Assembly: GCA_030770535.1 (NCBI GenBank)
Contig: JASVEC010000191.1
Location: 1 to 33,754 of the forward strand
Source of the DNA: Batkoa obscura
Taxonomy: Eukaryota
Length of the DNA: 33,754 nt
Direction of reading: 5' to 3'
The notes below the pieces were generated by a model. It saw only the letters and a list, made by a program, of their open reading frames with translations. It ran no database searches and was not told where the DNA came from. This document shows, in pieces, positions 1 through 10,830 of the stretch. The translations under genes and the position numbers were made by a program. Position 1 is the stretch's first letter, and every line of letters starts with the position of its first letter.

Positions 1-1498
1 TAAAATATATGTTTATAAACTTAGATAATGAAATAATCATTAAAATTGTTTGATGCGTAATATGGGGAATAAAATTTTAATGAATTTAAAAATAGAGTTT
101 TTTAATTATTTTGCATATACCTTGAAAGAACAAAAGGTCTTTATACATATTAAAGGCAAGATGAACTCGATAGAGGGATTGTAAGCGGAGAGTCAAATAT
201 AGTAAATTAAAACTAAGTCTGAGGTAAACTATCTAATTTAATTTTACCTTCTTAAGGCTAATGAGATTGTATTCAATAGCTTTATATCTCAATTTATAGA
301 ATTTTATCTACATAGAAGATGATTGAAAAGGGAGGATAAGATGTTTTAAGGCATTATCCGATGACACATTATTTATTTCGCAATTCAAATATTAAAACCA
401 CATCCCCATATAACGCATTAAACAAATTCCATAATTATATCATAAATTAAAGATATTTATAGGTTAACACATCATTAAATAGTGTAAAAACATGAATTTT
501 GCTATACATAAAATACTAATAATAGTAAAATTAATAAAAGGTAAGAATATTAACTATTTTATAGATAATTTAATAGGACTTAAAAGATATGATACATATT
601 AAATGAAAAGGTTTTATTTAAAACATATTTAATTAAGTTCTTTTCTAACACCCAAGATTCGATCTTTCAAGTTAACCAAATAAATGCTAATATGTCTTGA
701 AAAAGCTAGCACTTAAATTAAAATAGAAATTTATAATGCTAGTTTTTAAAAAAAGATTTCAAACTTTAGTTAATGTTCTATATAGCTGTTGCAACTTTTT
801 TGAGATAGTTTTAGTGGTAATTTTTAGAAGTCAATTATTTATAAAACCTCTATTTAAATTCTAATCTATCTATTTCAGCCAGATTCTAGTATAATTTCTC
901 TCTTAAATGAGCATTTAGTAAAATCACAAAAGAATTGCAATAACTAAAAAATACAATAAATTGACTGCATAGAGTATAAGGATAAGCATAGCATCCATAT
1001 TATCTCCTTGAACCTCTTTTAAATTAACCAATTAATAAATATCTAGTCTTAAAATGAGATGTAATCCATTCGTCTCTTTATGTTGCTTTGTTTTATGCAA
1101 TTTACCAAAAACAAGAACTTATATTTTATAATTCAATCTTGAACCCTCTTAATTTTACCCTGAAATATAAGATATTCAAGCCATTATCTAAAGTAGTTTA
1201 AGGTTTAAAAAAAGTGGTTAGAAAGGAATTTTGATTACCAATAGGAGTAAAATTAAATCCACTAAATTATCTCCTATTGGTAACTTTTTATGTTTAATTT
1301 TTTATCTACCCAAATTTTTAATACTAAATCTTCAAGAAGATTGGTAAAAAAATACCCCATAAAACTCGTGGATTGAGTCAAATCTTCTATTATTATGATT
1401 TAACTAAAAATTACTATATTTGTATTAACTGTTAAATAAAAAATATATAAACAAAGCTAAATGAAATTGAATAAAATTAATCTTTAGAAAAAATAAAA

Positions 1499-2065
1499 AT
1501 GTTTTATTCCCCTTCCTTTCCTTTAGTTAGTGGTACAGCCGCAATGTCGGATTTAGAAAAGAATAATTCAGTTAGTTTATGGACTGTTGAAAATTATGAA
1601 GAATATAAAAAATATAATACGTTTACTGCAGAACAACGACAATTTCGATTACAAAAATATTTAGTCATGTCTTTAGTAGCAGCTGAATCCTTTCAATTGG
1701 AAAATAAACAGAATTCAAATGAACCATTTTTTGATATCCGATTAGATGAATTTGCTGAAGAATGGCTGGAACATCAACCAGAAGATGATGCTTCAACTCA
1801 AGTGGGCTCCGTTTCTACTTCAATTACATTTAATAGCGTATCTAATCATTTTAGAAAAAATTCAGATGGTTTGATTGATGCAAGTATCTTAAAACTATCG
1901 AGAGAAAAAGATAACGATAATTTACAGCAATCGGTAACATATGGAGTCAATGAAAACAATAGTAAATCCAAAAAAAATTTAATTCACAGACAATTTCAAA
2001 AGTTATCTTTATTCTTTCGTAGGTCTAGTAATTCGAGTTTAAGGTCTACTACTCAAATCTTATAA
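1499..2065 (+). CDS. Hypothetical protein (188 aa, single exon)
   Basis: ATG-initiated ORF with higher GC than its flanks and a TATATAAA about 55 nt upstream; no family recognised. Confidence 0.7.
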   Translation: MFYSPSFPLVSGTAAMSDLEKNNSVSLWTVENYEEYKKYNTFTAEQRQFRLQKYLVMSLVAAESFQLENKQNSNEPFFDIRLDEFAEEWLEHQPEDDASTQVGSVSTSITFNSVSNHFRKNSDGLIDASILKLSREKDNDNLQQSVTYGVNENNSKSKKNLIHRQFQKLSLFFRRSSNSSLRSTTQIL

Positions 2066-3593
2066 TTCTTTATTATCTTTGTTACTTGCTATTAACCTTT
2101 TTTTCTCTTGAATGTATTCTTATAAAAATTGAAAGTTTTTAATAAAATCTTATTACTGTTTTTACTTGTTGTTTTTTGAGTAAATTTTATTCTTGTTTTT
2201 ATTTGTTATTCAATATATTTATAATTTTATAGTTATTGTTATCATTATAAAACAAAGGAAAGAAAGTGCTCCTTTATTCCTATTTTAAAAATAATACTGT
2301 TTCCACAACTATGATATCTAAGCTTGAATTTCAACATAAATAAAGTAAAATCGCACGTTAATTTTATAAACTATAAAAACGTTTTCATATTCAACATTTG
2401 TCTGTCCTAGAGCTATGAAAAAATCAAATATAGGAAATCGATAGCTAAATGAAATAATAACAAAAAACAAGAATTGGATTGTTTATAAATTATCTATTTT
2501 TGGTTAGATGTTTTAATAATGTTAATTATAAAAATATTTAGATAAATTAGTTGCTAATTTTGATATAAAAAAGGGGATAAAACATAAGGGATTATTAATA
2601 GAATCGAATAAGTAAACAATTATTAGTTTAATTTATTTGGTGAATATTAATATACTTTTATTTTTGTTACATGATAAAAAAAATTGTGATAGAAGTTTTG
2701 ATTATCAAACGACTATTAATTTGTTAAAATAAAATACAAAATTGAAATTTATAGTTACCATTCATGTTTTTTATGTTTTATTTAAAATACTATTTCTTGA
2801 AAATCAGCCCATTTGGGCTGATTTTCAAATGATTATAACTAGGTCAAATAGGAATCAATTTGATTCTAGTTTTTTATACTGTACTTATCAATATCTTAAA
2901 TATATATGAATTAATTTCTGGTATATTTACTATAGTCATCTTTACAATAACATTCCATATGTCCTATTAATGCAAAAGAAATTTAGGTAATCTATTTGAG
3001 CCAGTTTTTGAAGCTTAAATTAAACAACTAATTAATGTTCAGTTTATAATGAATGATATTTATATAAATAGAATCGTCTTCGAAAAAATTTAAAAAATGT
3101 ACAAAATCAATATTTGAGTATTAATATATTATACTCTTTTGTTTAAGATAATATAAACAAAAATTGATACATTAACTAAATATCACATATGCAACCCAAA
3201 TGATAGTTTAAAATACTTATTAATAAATCACTTTCATTTTCATATATTAACCCCTTCTACTATAAATCAATTCATAGTTACTTATAAAGTCAATCAATTA
3301 CTTGATTGGCTTAATTTTTTAAAATTTTTGTAATAGCATTGAATCAATTTTATTTTTAGATGACTACTCCTAACTGTGCATGCTAAATTCTTTAGTCTAA
3401 TTTCTAAAAAATTGCATAATTTAATATGTAAATCGATAGAAACTGTGCAAATAAGTGAAAGAGTTAATAAAGTATTTAAGAGTTTATAACCCCTTTAAAA
3501 ACTTTAAATAAAAACAAAGTAAAGTAAAAATCAGTTAGAAATTTTTAAAAAAGAACAACTATATAGAATTTCTATTAGCATTTATTTTATATT

Positions 3594-4538
3594 TTATTTC
3601 TTTTTATTAGCTTTTTGAACAGCTAATAAATTCGCTTCTGATCCCCAAGCTTCATTAAAATGCATCGTTTCAATTTTTAATCGTTCACTTTCATTACTAG
3701 TTCCCTTCAAATTATTCATTAATTTTTTAATATTTCGAACATTTTGAGATCTTATTAAACTACCATTTGGATCATAAATAAATTTGTTAAGAAACCTTAT
3801 TGCACCCTCAACTGCTTTTCCCTTCTCTACAATCTTATCAAAAAATTGTTGATCTTCATGAGATATCGATTTTGCTGAAGCAATATAATATAATGCTTTT
3901 TTATTTCCCATCAAGTCCATTAATCTTTTACCACCACCCCATCCAGGAACCGTTGCAATCTTTCTATGAACAAAACTTACGTTGCTATCTTGGCTTCCTA
4001 CTCTAAAATCTGTACATGTACTAGTTTCTGCTCCACCACCTAATGCATAACCATTGATAGCAGCTACACTTATTAATGGTAATTGATTTAATCTTTCCAA
4101 TGTATTTTGCATTAATAAACTTAATTTATTCCCAGAAGAAGAGGTGGTGAGTTCCTCCTTAGCAATACCTAAATCCAAACCAGAACAAAAATTACTGCCT
4201 TTACCACATAAAATTAAACCCACATAACTGGTATCTTCAGAATTAGTCATTGTCTCTATAGTATCCACAACATCCGCCAATTCAGCCATCATTTTACCTG
4301 TAAATGCATTGTAACTCTTGGGATTGTTTAATGTAATTGTAATAATTGAAGGGTTGCTATCAATATCTAATTCTATTTTTGATGAACCTTCTTGTCCATA
4401 TGAACGAAACTGTTCACGTATATCTTTTAATAAATTTATACTTTGAATCGGTTGGGATTTGATGGAATAATAGCTTTTAGCTAATATATTATAACTTTGT
4501 AGTTTTAGTTTCCGTTTTATTACTTTAGTTATTAACAT
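3594..4538 (-). CDS. Enoyl-CoA hydratase/crotonase superfamily protein, most like ethylmalonyl-CoA decarboxylase (ECHDC1-type)
   Basis: Crotonase motifs LNNPKSYNAF, FCSGLDL, AAINGYALGGGAE, DFRV, PGWGGG. NAFTGKMM and the C-terminal FNEAWGSEAN are ECHDC1-like. The basic N-terminus lacking acidic residues resembles a mitochondrial presequence. Confidence 0.88.
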   Translation of the reverse strand: MLITKVIKRKLKLQSYNILAKSYYSIKSQPIQSINLLKDIREQFRSYGQEGSSKIELDIDSNPSIITITLNNPKSYNAFTGKMMAELADVVDTIETMTNSEDTSYVGLILCGKGSNFCSGLDLGIAKEELTTSSSGNKLSLLMQNTLERLNQLPLISVAAINGYALGGGAETSTCTDFRVGSQDSNVSFVHRKIATVPGWGGGKRLMDLMGNKKALYYIASAKSISHEDQQFFDKIVEKGKAVEGAIRFLNKFIYDPNGSLIRSQNVRNIKKLMNNLKGTSNESERLKIETMHFNEAWGSEANLLAVQKANKKK

Positions 4539-4877
4539 TAGTGTGAATTTATCTTTAAAAAGGTTTTAAAAATTTTTGTTTTATTTTTTTGTTTTACTCT
4601 ATTTTTCGAGAATTAAAGATGACGTATGATATAATTCTTTAACAAAAATTCTAATGGAATAAAGTATCCGATTCATTCATTAATGATAATAAATTATAAA
4701 CTATTTTAAGTAATATGAGTAATTAATATAGATTGATATAAATAAAATCATAAAATCTAATCAGTATAACTATAAATTTCATATAGTAAGTTATATTTAG
4801 TAACACGAGTAATTAATATAGACTATTATTTAAATAAAAAAATAAGTTAATATTGTTATTAACTATCTAACAATAAT

Positions 4878-7091
4878 TTATTTTAAAAAAATATTATAAA
4901 CTGGATTTTCAGTTTCTTCTACCCAAGGATAATTTAAATTTAATAAAAATTCATTCCAAAGTTCATAATCACTAAAAGGTATTTGAATACCAACTAATAC
5001 TTTACCAGTATCTAAAATTATAAATTATAAATTTATATTAATATAATTTTACAATATTAATTATTTTACCTCCACCATAATTACGATAATGAAACAAAGA
5101 TACATTCCATGAAAATTTTAAACCAATCAAAAACTTAGCTAATGCATCTGGGCGTTCAGGGAATTCTAATATATAAAAATAAGGATTTATTATTACAACT
5201 ATTATTTAAAATCAAATATAAAATTAAATTTTACCAAATCGAAATAATCTTTCATTAGGTACCTAATATTAAATTAAATTAAATACAAACATAAATCTTC
5301 AATTATTATAATTAATAAATATCAAAAACTTACATTACATCTCCCCCCAACTAAAAATCTTGCATGAGATTTAGCTAATTCATTATTAGATAGATCCATA
5401 GGATGTGAAAATCCAAAATCATTTTGTAATGTATTGAATAGTTCTTCTAGTTCCTCTTTTCTTTTCGTTGGGTTTAATAAGGTAAAAGATAAAAAGATAT
5501 ATCCATCTTTATTATTACTATATCTATAAGCAAAGGATGTAACATTACGTGGCAATATAACGTTATGTAATTTTATAAAACTAAATTAATTTAAAATGTA
5601 AGAAATCATTTATTATGTTATTGCTATTTTTAATAATAATAATAATAATAATAATTACCTTCCTGGTGTTTCTGGTACAACAATAGAAATAAATGCTTCT
5701 TTAGCTAAACCAATATCAGCTCTATCAGCTACAAATCTTAATCGATCAAAATTCATATTAGCTCCTGATAATATACCAACATAGTCGTTATAATTATTAT
5801 CACTCTCTTTATTATCGTTATTTATTTTTATGTTAATATTTTCTATTTGTTCTAAGTAATTCTTTGATAGTATTAAATCATTATCTTTAAATTCATAAAA
5901 TGGCCCATTTTCATTATTAATTTCATTTCCTAAAACTCCTTCTTTCTTATTAAATAATTGTTGAATATTTTTATCTAATCCCTTAGTTATATTTAACCAT
6001 TTTTTTAAACCTGCTACGCCTAAAGCACCTGCAGGTTCAACTACAGATCTTGTATCTAATTAATAAAAATTATGTTAAAACTTTAACAATCAATAATAAT
6101 AATTTTCTTTTCACCTTCAAATATATCTTTAATAGCTGCACAAATATCATCATTTGAAACCAGAATGACCCCATCTAAATATTCTGAACACAACTTAAAA
6201 GTTTCATTACCTACTAGCCTCACCGCAGCGCCATCGGCAAAAAGACCTACTTGAGGTAATGTGTCTGGTTTACCAAATTTTAATGAATGATACATCGCAT
6301 ACGAATCCACCGTTTCCACGCCAAACACCTTGACATGAGGTGATATTCTTTTGACATAATTAGCAATACCTGCCGCTAAGCCGCCCCCACCAATACAACA
6401 AAAGATAGCTTTTAAATGGGTTAAATTACGAATCTGTCGTAATATTTCCACTCCAGTAGTACCTTGTCCAGCGATTACATATGGATCATCATACGGTGGA
6501 ATGTTGGTTAAATTTTGTTCTAAAACCAAACGTTGACCTTCTAATTTGGCTTCATCAAAATCATTCCCTTTTAAAATGACATTGGCACCCAACCGTTGGA
6601 CATTTTTCCATTTAATAGCTGGAGTGGCTAAGGGCATAACAATAGTGGCAGGGATATTGAGTTTTTGGGAAGCTAGGGCTAATAACAATAAACTTGATTA
6701 AAATCCTTAAACTTCAATGAAAAATAATTAACTTACCTACTCCTTGAGCGTGATTACCTAATTAATTTTGTTAAATAAGTAAAAATTTTAATTTTAATTT
6801 AACATCTACTTTATTAATAGTTTAATAAATCTTACCAGCTGACACCGCCACAATCCCGTTTTTCTTTTGCTCCATTGTCAACGCTCTAATCTTATTATAA
6901 GCGCCTCGAATTTTAAATGAAAATACTGGTTGTAAATCTTCTCTTTTATAATAAATTCGAATGTTTTTAATTTGCTGATTATTCAATTGAATATTTTGTG
7001 TTAAATTAACACCATAATGTAAAGGTGTTTCGATAGCTACATCATATACTGGAGCAGTCAATGTTTCTTTTAAATAATCAAAGGTTGTCAT
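4878..7091 (-). CDS. ILV1: Biosynthetic threonine ammonia-lyase (threonine deaminase), 8 exons: 7091-6836, 6757-6737, 6678-6115, 6055-5659, 5580-5334, 5262-5235, 5165-5070, 5011-4878
   Basis: PLP motif [26 protein letters not shown] reassembled across a 21-nt micro-exon; [29 protein letters not shown]; two regulatory ACT-like repeats ([14 protein letters not shown]...LFHYRNYG). All seven introns are GT-AG and join in frame. Confidence 0.95.
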
Positions 7092-7124
7092 TTTTTTTCA
7101 ATTATTGATTATTTGTATTCTATC

Positions 7125-7201
7125 TTTTTTTATATAGTTTTTAGATTGGTTTGAGTTATAGCCAATGAATTATTGAGATCATGCTAACTAATGATGACTA
7201 A
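7125..7201 (-). promoter_or_regulatory. Putative ILV1 core promoter (TATA, two CCAAT boxes, Gcn4/CpcA-like site)
   Basis: TATATAAAA on the minus strand about 40 nt upstream of the ATG; ATTGG 7145-7149; CCAAT 7162-7166; TGACTAA 7195-7201 (one mismatch to TGACTCA). Short motifs in AT-rich DNA, so weak evidence. Confidence 0.35.
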
Positions 7202-7742
7202 CATTTGAATTAAGATTAGATAAAGAATAAAATTTGAGATTATGATAGTAATATAAAACTCACTACTTTATTACAATATTTTCAAGTTATCATATTATCA
7301 TATTATCTCAAAAAAAGCGTTAAATAAACAGAATTAAACTATTTTCAATAATAAGTTAAAACAAAATTCAGAAAAAAATCTCTTAAAAGTTCAATTATAA
7401 TTACTTGAATTTATGTTATAATGTTTTATACTTTTATTTACTTTTGTTTGTAATTATTATTAAATAAATTTGTTTAAATTTATTTAAATGTTTTTCTTAA
7501 AATCAACACAATAGCTCGAAAATACTGTATATATAGTAGTCTATATTCAAAGTAGAACAATTCAAAAGCCAAAGCTAATTATTATAAAATATTAAAGGAT
7601 GCCTGAGTTGATTTCATTTTTTTATTTAAGTTTTAAGTTTTAAATTCTAGTAATTAATAAAATAGTATTAGAATAAAATATAATTTTCAATTATTTTGTT
7701 AGTTTTTAATTTAATTTTTAAATAATTTTCTAAAAAACATAT

Positions 7743-7780
7743 GGAGCTGTATTCTTGTGTCTAAGAATTTTACTAACAAA
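7743..7780 (+). mobile_element. Left terminus shared with the MITE family, running into the transposase fossil
   Basis: ATAT|GGAGCTGTATTCTTGTGTCTAAGAATTTTACTAACAAA matches the first ~38 nt of the MITE consensus, then diverges into coding-like sequence. Confidence 0.75.
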
Positions 7781-7832
7781 GAAAAGATATATTATCAAAG
7801 TTTACTATTAATATAATAAATTTAATCAACCA

Positions 7833-8323
7833 ATGTATAAAATTAGTGCTTTGAGGGAAACAGGAAATAAAAAGCAACAAGCAGCATTATTATCAGCTAT
7901 AGCTTCAGTATATTCTTTTGATGAATGTAAGAGTTCCTACATTATATATTTAAAGAAATTCATGAAATAAATAGTAGTCTAAATATTGATTTAATTTTTT
8001 TGTTAAGCATCATGGAAAAAGTATAGTTAGTTGATGGACATTTTGAAAACCTTTCAAAATGAAAAAGTAGTTTTGAAGCATCAGGTAAAATAGAAAATAT
8101 GAATCAATTAATTTCAAAGTTTGAGACTTTTACTTATGAACATAATAAAATTAGTATCTCAACTGTTAATAATGAGAAAACAGATATAATTTTTAAAAAG
8201 TACGGAAGAAACAAAAATACAAAAAGAATAATAGAGATGTAGGGCATCAAGAAGTATTTACACTTTATTAAACATAACAATAAACTACATTGTTATCCAG
8301 TATCTGATACATCAAAAAAAACG
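7833..8323 (+). pseudogene. Internally deleted DNA transposase relic, Sola2-like
   Basis: N-terminal piece MYKISALRETGNKKQQAALLSAIASVYSFDEC (7833-7928). Then EFLHYIFKEIHEINSSLNID (7931-7990), frameshift, NFFVKHHGKSIV (7993-8028), 4-bp duplication, DGHFENLSK*KSSFEASGKIENMNQLISKF...IIEM*GIKKYLHF (8033 on). Family call rests on the recalled HGK-x3-DG catalytic motif. Confidence 0.7.
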
Positions 8324-8327
8324 ATAT

Positions 8328-8425
8328 GGGGCTGTTTTTTTTGGTTTCATTATTTTTCCATTTTTTAAGCGCTATTTGAGTGGAAAATTTGTTAGTAAAA
8401 TTCTTAAACACAAAAATACATCCTC
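8328..8425 (-). mobile_element. ~98-bp MITE copy
   Basis: Full copy, TSD ATAT/ATAT; the transposase relic stops at it. Confidence 0.9.
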
Positions 8426-8580
8426 ATATAGTTCCAATTAAAGTTATAGAGTCTATAGAAAATAGAAAATAGAAAAATTAAAAGATCAATCCCAGCTTAC
8501 TTTACGAAAATAACAAAGAATTTAAATTTCGATATTTACTAAGCAAGTAAATAGTTTGTCAAATGATAGAAATGGATTAT

Positions 8581-8781
8581 TAAATGTTAAGATTACTTAT
8601 GTTATTAATAGCTAAGTTAATAAATAGTCAAAGAGTAAGTAATTGTAATAATATGTAAAAGCTATTATTATATTACTTGTACTATATAGGGATGGTTAAT
8701 TATAGTTTTAAGGCTAACCACTCTCTCCCATCCAGCTATTTATTAACTTAGCAATATATTAACAATGTAATTATAACATTA
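8581..8781. repeat. Degenerate foldback (inverted repeat)
   Basis: Perfect 17-bp IR GCTAAGTTAATAAATAG 8611-8627 / 8736-8752 with imperfect outward extension. Confidence 0.55.
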
Positions 8782-8786
8782 AAGCA

Positions 8787-9045
8787 GTTTATTTATTTGA
8801 TAACAAATCTGCAATGTTGGTTATAAAGTAGTCAATAATAAATGCTTCTCAATAAAGTTTTACAAGAATATGTATTTAAGATCTAGTAGAAATTCAGCTA
8901 ACTTACAGTATAAACTATAATAGAATGATTTAGAACTGTGTCCCGGTACTTTTGTTTTAATAAAAGATTTGATTTTATAGAATTTTAAGCGAAGTTTCAA
9001 TATAAAATATTTAAAAATCAGATAAAATAATGAAACTAATTCAGA
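8787..9045. repeat. Second dispersed repeat family, copy 1
   Basis: Colinear similarity with 31754-32040, e.g. the shared TATAAAGTAGTCAATAATAAA and GCTAACTTA blocks. Confidence 0.8.
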
Positions 9046-9052
9046 CAACCCC

Positions 9053-9140
9053 GTATATTTTTTTTTTGATTTTATCACCTTCTCATTCTTTTAAATGCTA
9101 TTTAAGTAGGAAGATTATTAATAAAATTCTTAAACAAAAA
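9053..9140 (-). mobile_element. Degenerate MITE copy
   Basis: ttcttttaaatgctatttaagtaggaagattattaataaaattcttaaacaaaaa aligns to the reverse consensus; ends eroded. Confidence 0.65.
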
Positions 9141-9291
9141 CTTTTATTATTGAATTTTTTGTAAATTTTATTATACTTAGTTCTAATAAACCTATTTTAA
9201 TTTTTAGGTGCTTTTTTTATAATTCTTTATGTAATTCATTATTAATATAAAAAAATTATTAGTATTTTATATGCTTTATTTGTTGTTATAT

Positions 9292-9387
9292 GGGAATGTA
9301 TTATTTTGCTTAAGAATTTTACTAACAATTTTTCCACCCAAATAGCACTTAAAAAGTAGAAGTAATGAAACCAAAAAAAACATCGCC
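9292..9387 (+). mobile_element. ~98-bp MITE copy
   Basis: GGGAATGT...ACATCGCC; flanks ATAT/ATTC. Confidence 0.85.
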
Positions 9388-9432
9388 ATTTCTTTATAAT
9401 TTAATTTAAAATTAAAGACCTTTACACCATGT

Positions 9433-9526
9433 AGGTGTGTTTTTTTTTATTACTTTTTCCATCTTTTAAGGGCTATTTGAGTGGAAAAATTATTAGTAAA
9501 ATTCCTAAATACAAAAATATATCCCC
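9433..9526 (-). mobile_element. ~98-bp MITE copy
   Basis: TSD ATGT (9429-9432) / ATGT (9527-9530). Confidence 0.88.
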
Positions 9527-9634
9527 ATGTTTTAATATTAATATTAATATTAAAGTTAGGGTTAAAGTTGTCAAAGTTAATATAAAAACTTTCAAGAAAT
9601 TAAAATGATGCTTTTTTTTTAGCTAAAATTAAAT

Positions 9635-9727
9635 AAAAATATATTTTTAAAGAATTTTACCAACAATCTTTCCACTCAAATAGTGCTCAAAAGATGGAAA
9701 AAGTAATAAAACTAAAAAAACATCCTC
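9635..9727 (+). mobile_element. ~98-bp MITE copy (left TIR fully G-to-A mutated)
   Basis: AAAT|AAAAATATATTTTT...ACATCCTC|AAAT. Confidence 0.85.
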
Positions 9728-10076
9728 AAATCCTAAGTTATAGTAAATTTAGCTTAAATATCGATTGGTCATTATTTATTCTTTAAATCAAGTTAATTTA
9801 TACTTAAAAAGGAAATTTAAATAATAAAAAATCATACACTTTATATCATTATGAATATTATTAATACTTTGTAAAAACACCTAAAAACATCATAATAGTT
9901 TTGTATTCTTGAATACAAACTCCTAAATGTTTTATTAAAATAGAAAAGTAGCTATATATAATTGATTTAAAAAATACCAAAGCTTGAAAAAAACTTCTTT
10001 ATCTTTCTTATTTATTATTAGCCTAGTAATGATTCAGATAGGTTTATTATTTCCATATAGCTTTTATTTAGTAAAT

Positions 10077-10175
10077 AGGGATGTATTTTCGTATTTAAAA
10101 ATTTTATTAACAAATTTTCCGCTTAAATAGCACTTAAAAAATGGAAAAAGTAATGAAGTCAAAAAAAATACCTCC
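10077..10175 (+). mobile_element. ~98-bp MITE copy
   Basis: TSD AAAT (10073-10076) / AAAT (10176-10179). Confidence 0.9.
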
Positions 10176-10830
10176 AAATAATAGAAAGTGTAAACAAATA
10201 AATTTGTTAATTATAATCAAGTGTGAAAAAAGTATTTAATAGCGCTGAATAAGCAGTAGAATCTACTTTTTATATCATTATGAAAATCTTCAAATATAAA
10301 CAAAATCGATAACAGTTATGAAATGATTTTTGATAAATGACATCTATTGCTAATTCAATTTAAATGTAACTAAACTTTTTAGTTGATTTTTTATTTAAAG
10401 ATTTCTAATGGAAATTATAAAGTCTTATAACTAAAATTTCAAAAGTATGACAAATTCCAAAATTATCTAATGTTTAGCTTGAATCAGTAATACTCCTAGA
10501 AAAGCCCTTAAAGCTAATATTCAATGCCTTGTTTTAGCATATAAAAAGCTTAAAAATGTTATTAAAACACTCAAAGAGGAATGTAAATAAAATCATTTAT
10601 TAAATTTATTCATTATTATTTTCTTTCTAAACAGTTTCTAATTTTAATAATAGCTGCATAAAAAGTCAATATTAATTATTTACTGATTCATATTGTATCA
10701 TAGTAAAGATCTAGATTCCTTTGCTTAACGTTCTAAAAAGAAACCTAGTTACAAATCTTAAAACAAAACAAATAGAAGATAAATAATTAGAGCTTTATTA
10801 ATAAATTAACCAACTAAATAGAGCAAAAGA

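Noticed and set aside
3800..4006. 68-aa ORF
   Set aside because: TTG start, antisense shadow of the crotonase gene.
5322..7091. ORFs 5322-5555, 6083-6688 and 6822-7091 as separate genes or a broken pseudogene
   Set aside because: They are exons of one ILV1 gene joined in frame by canonical introns.
8860..9078. 72-aa ORF
   Set aside because: GTG start inside a decayed MITE, running through the second repeat family; treated as relic rather than gene.
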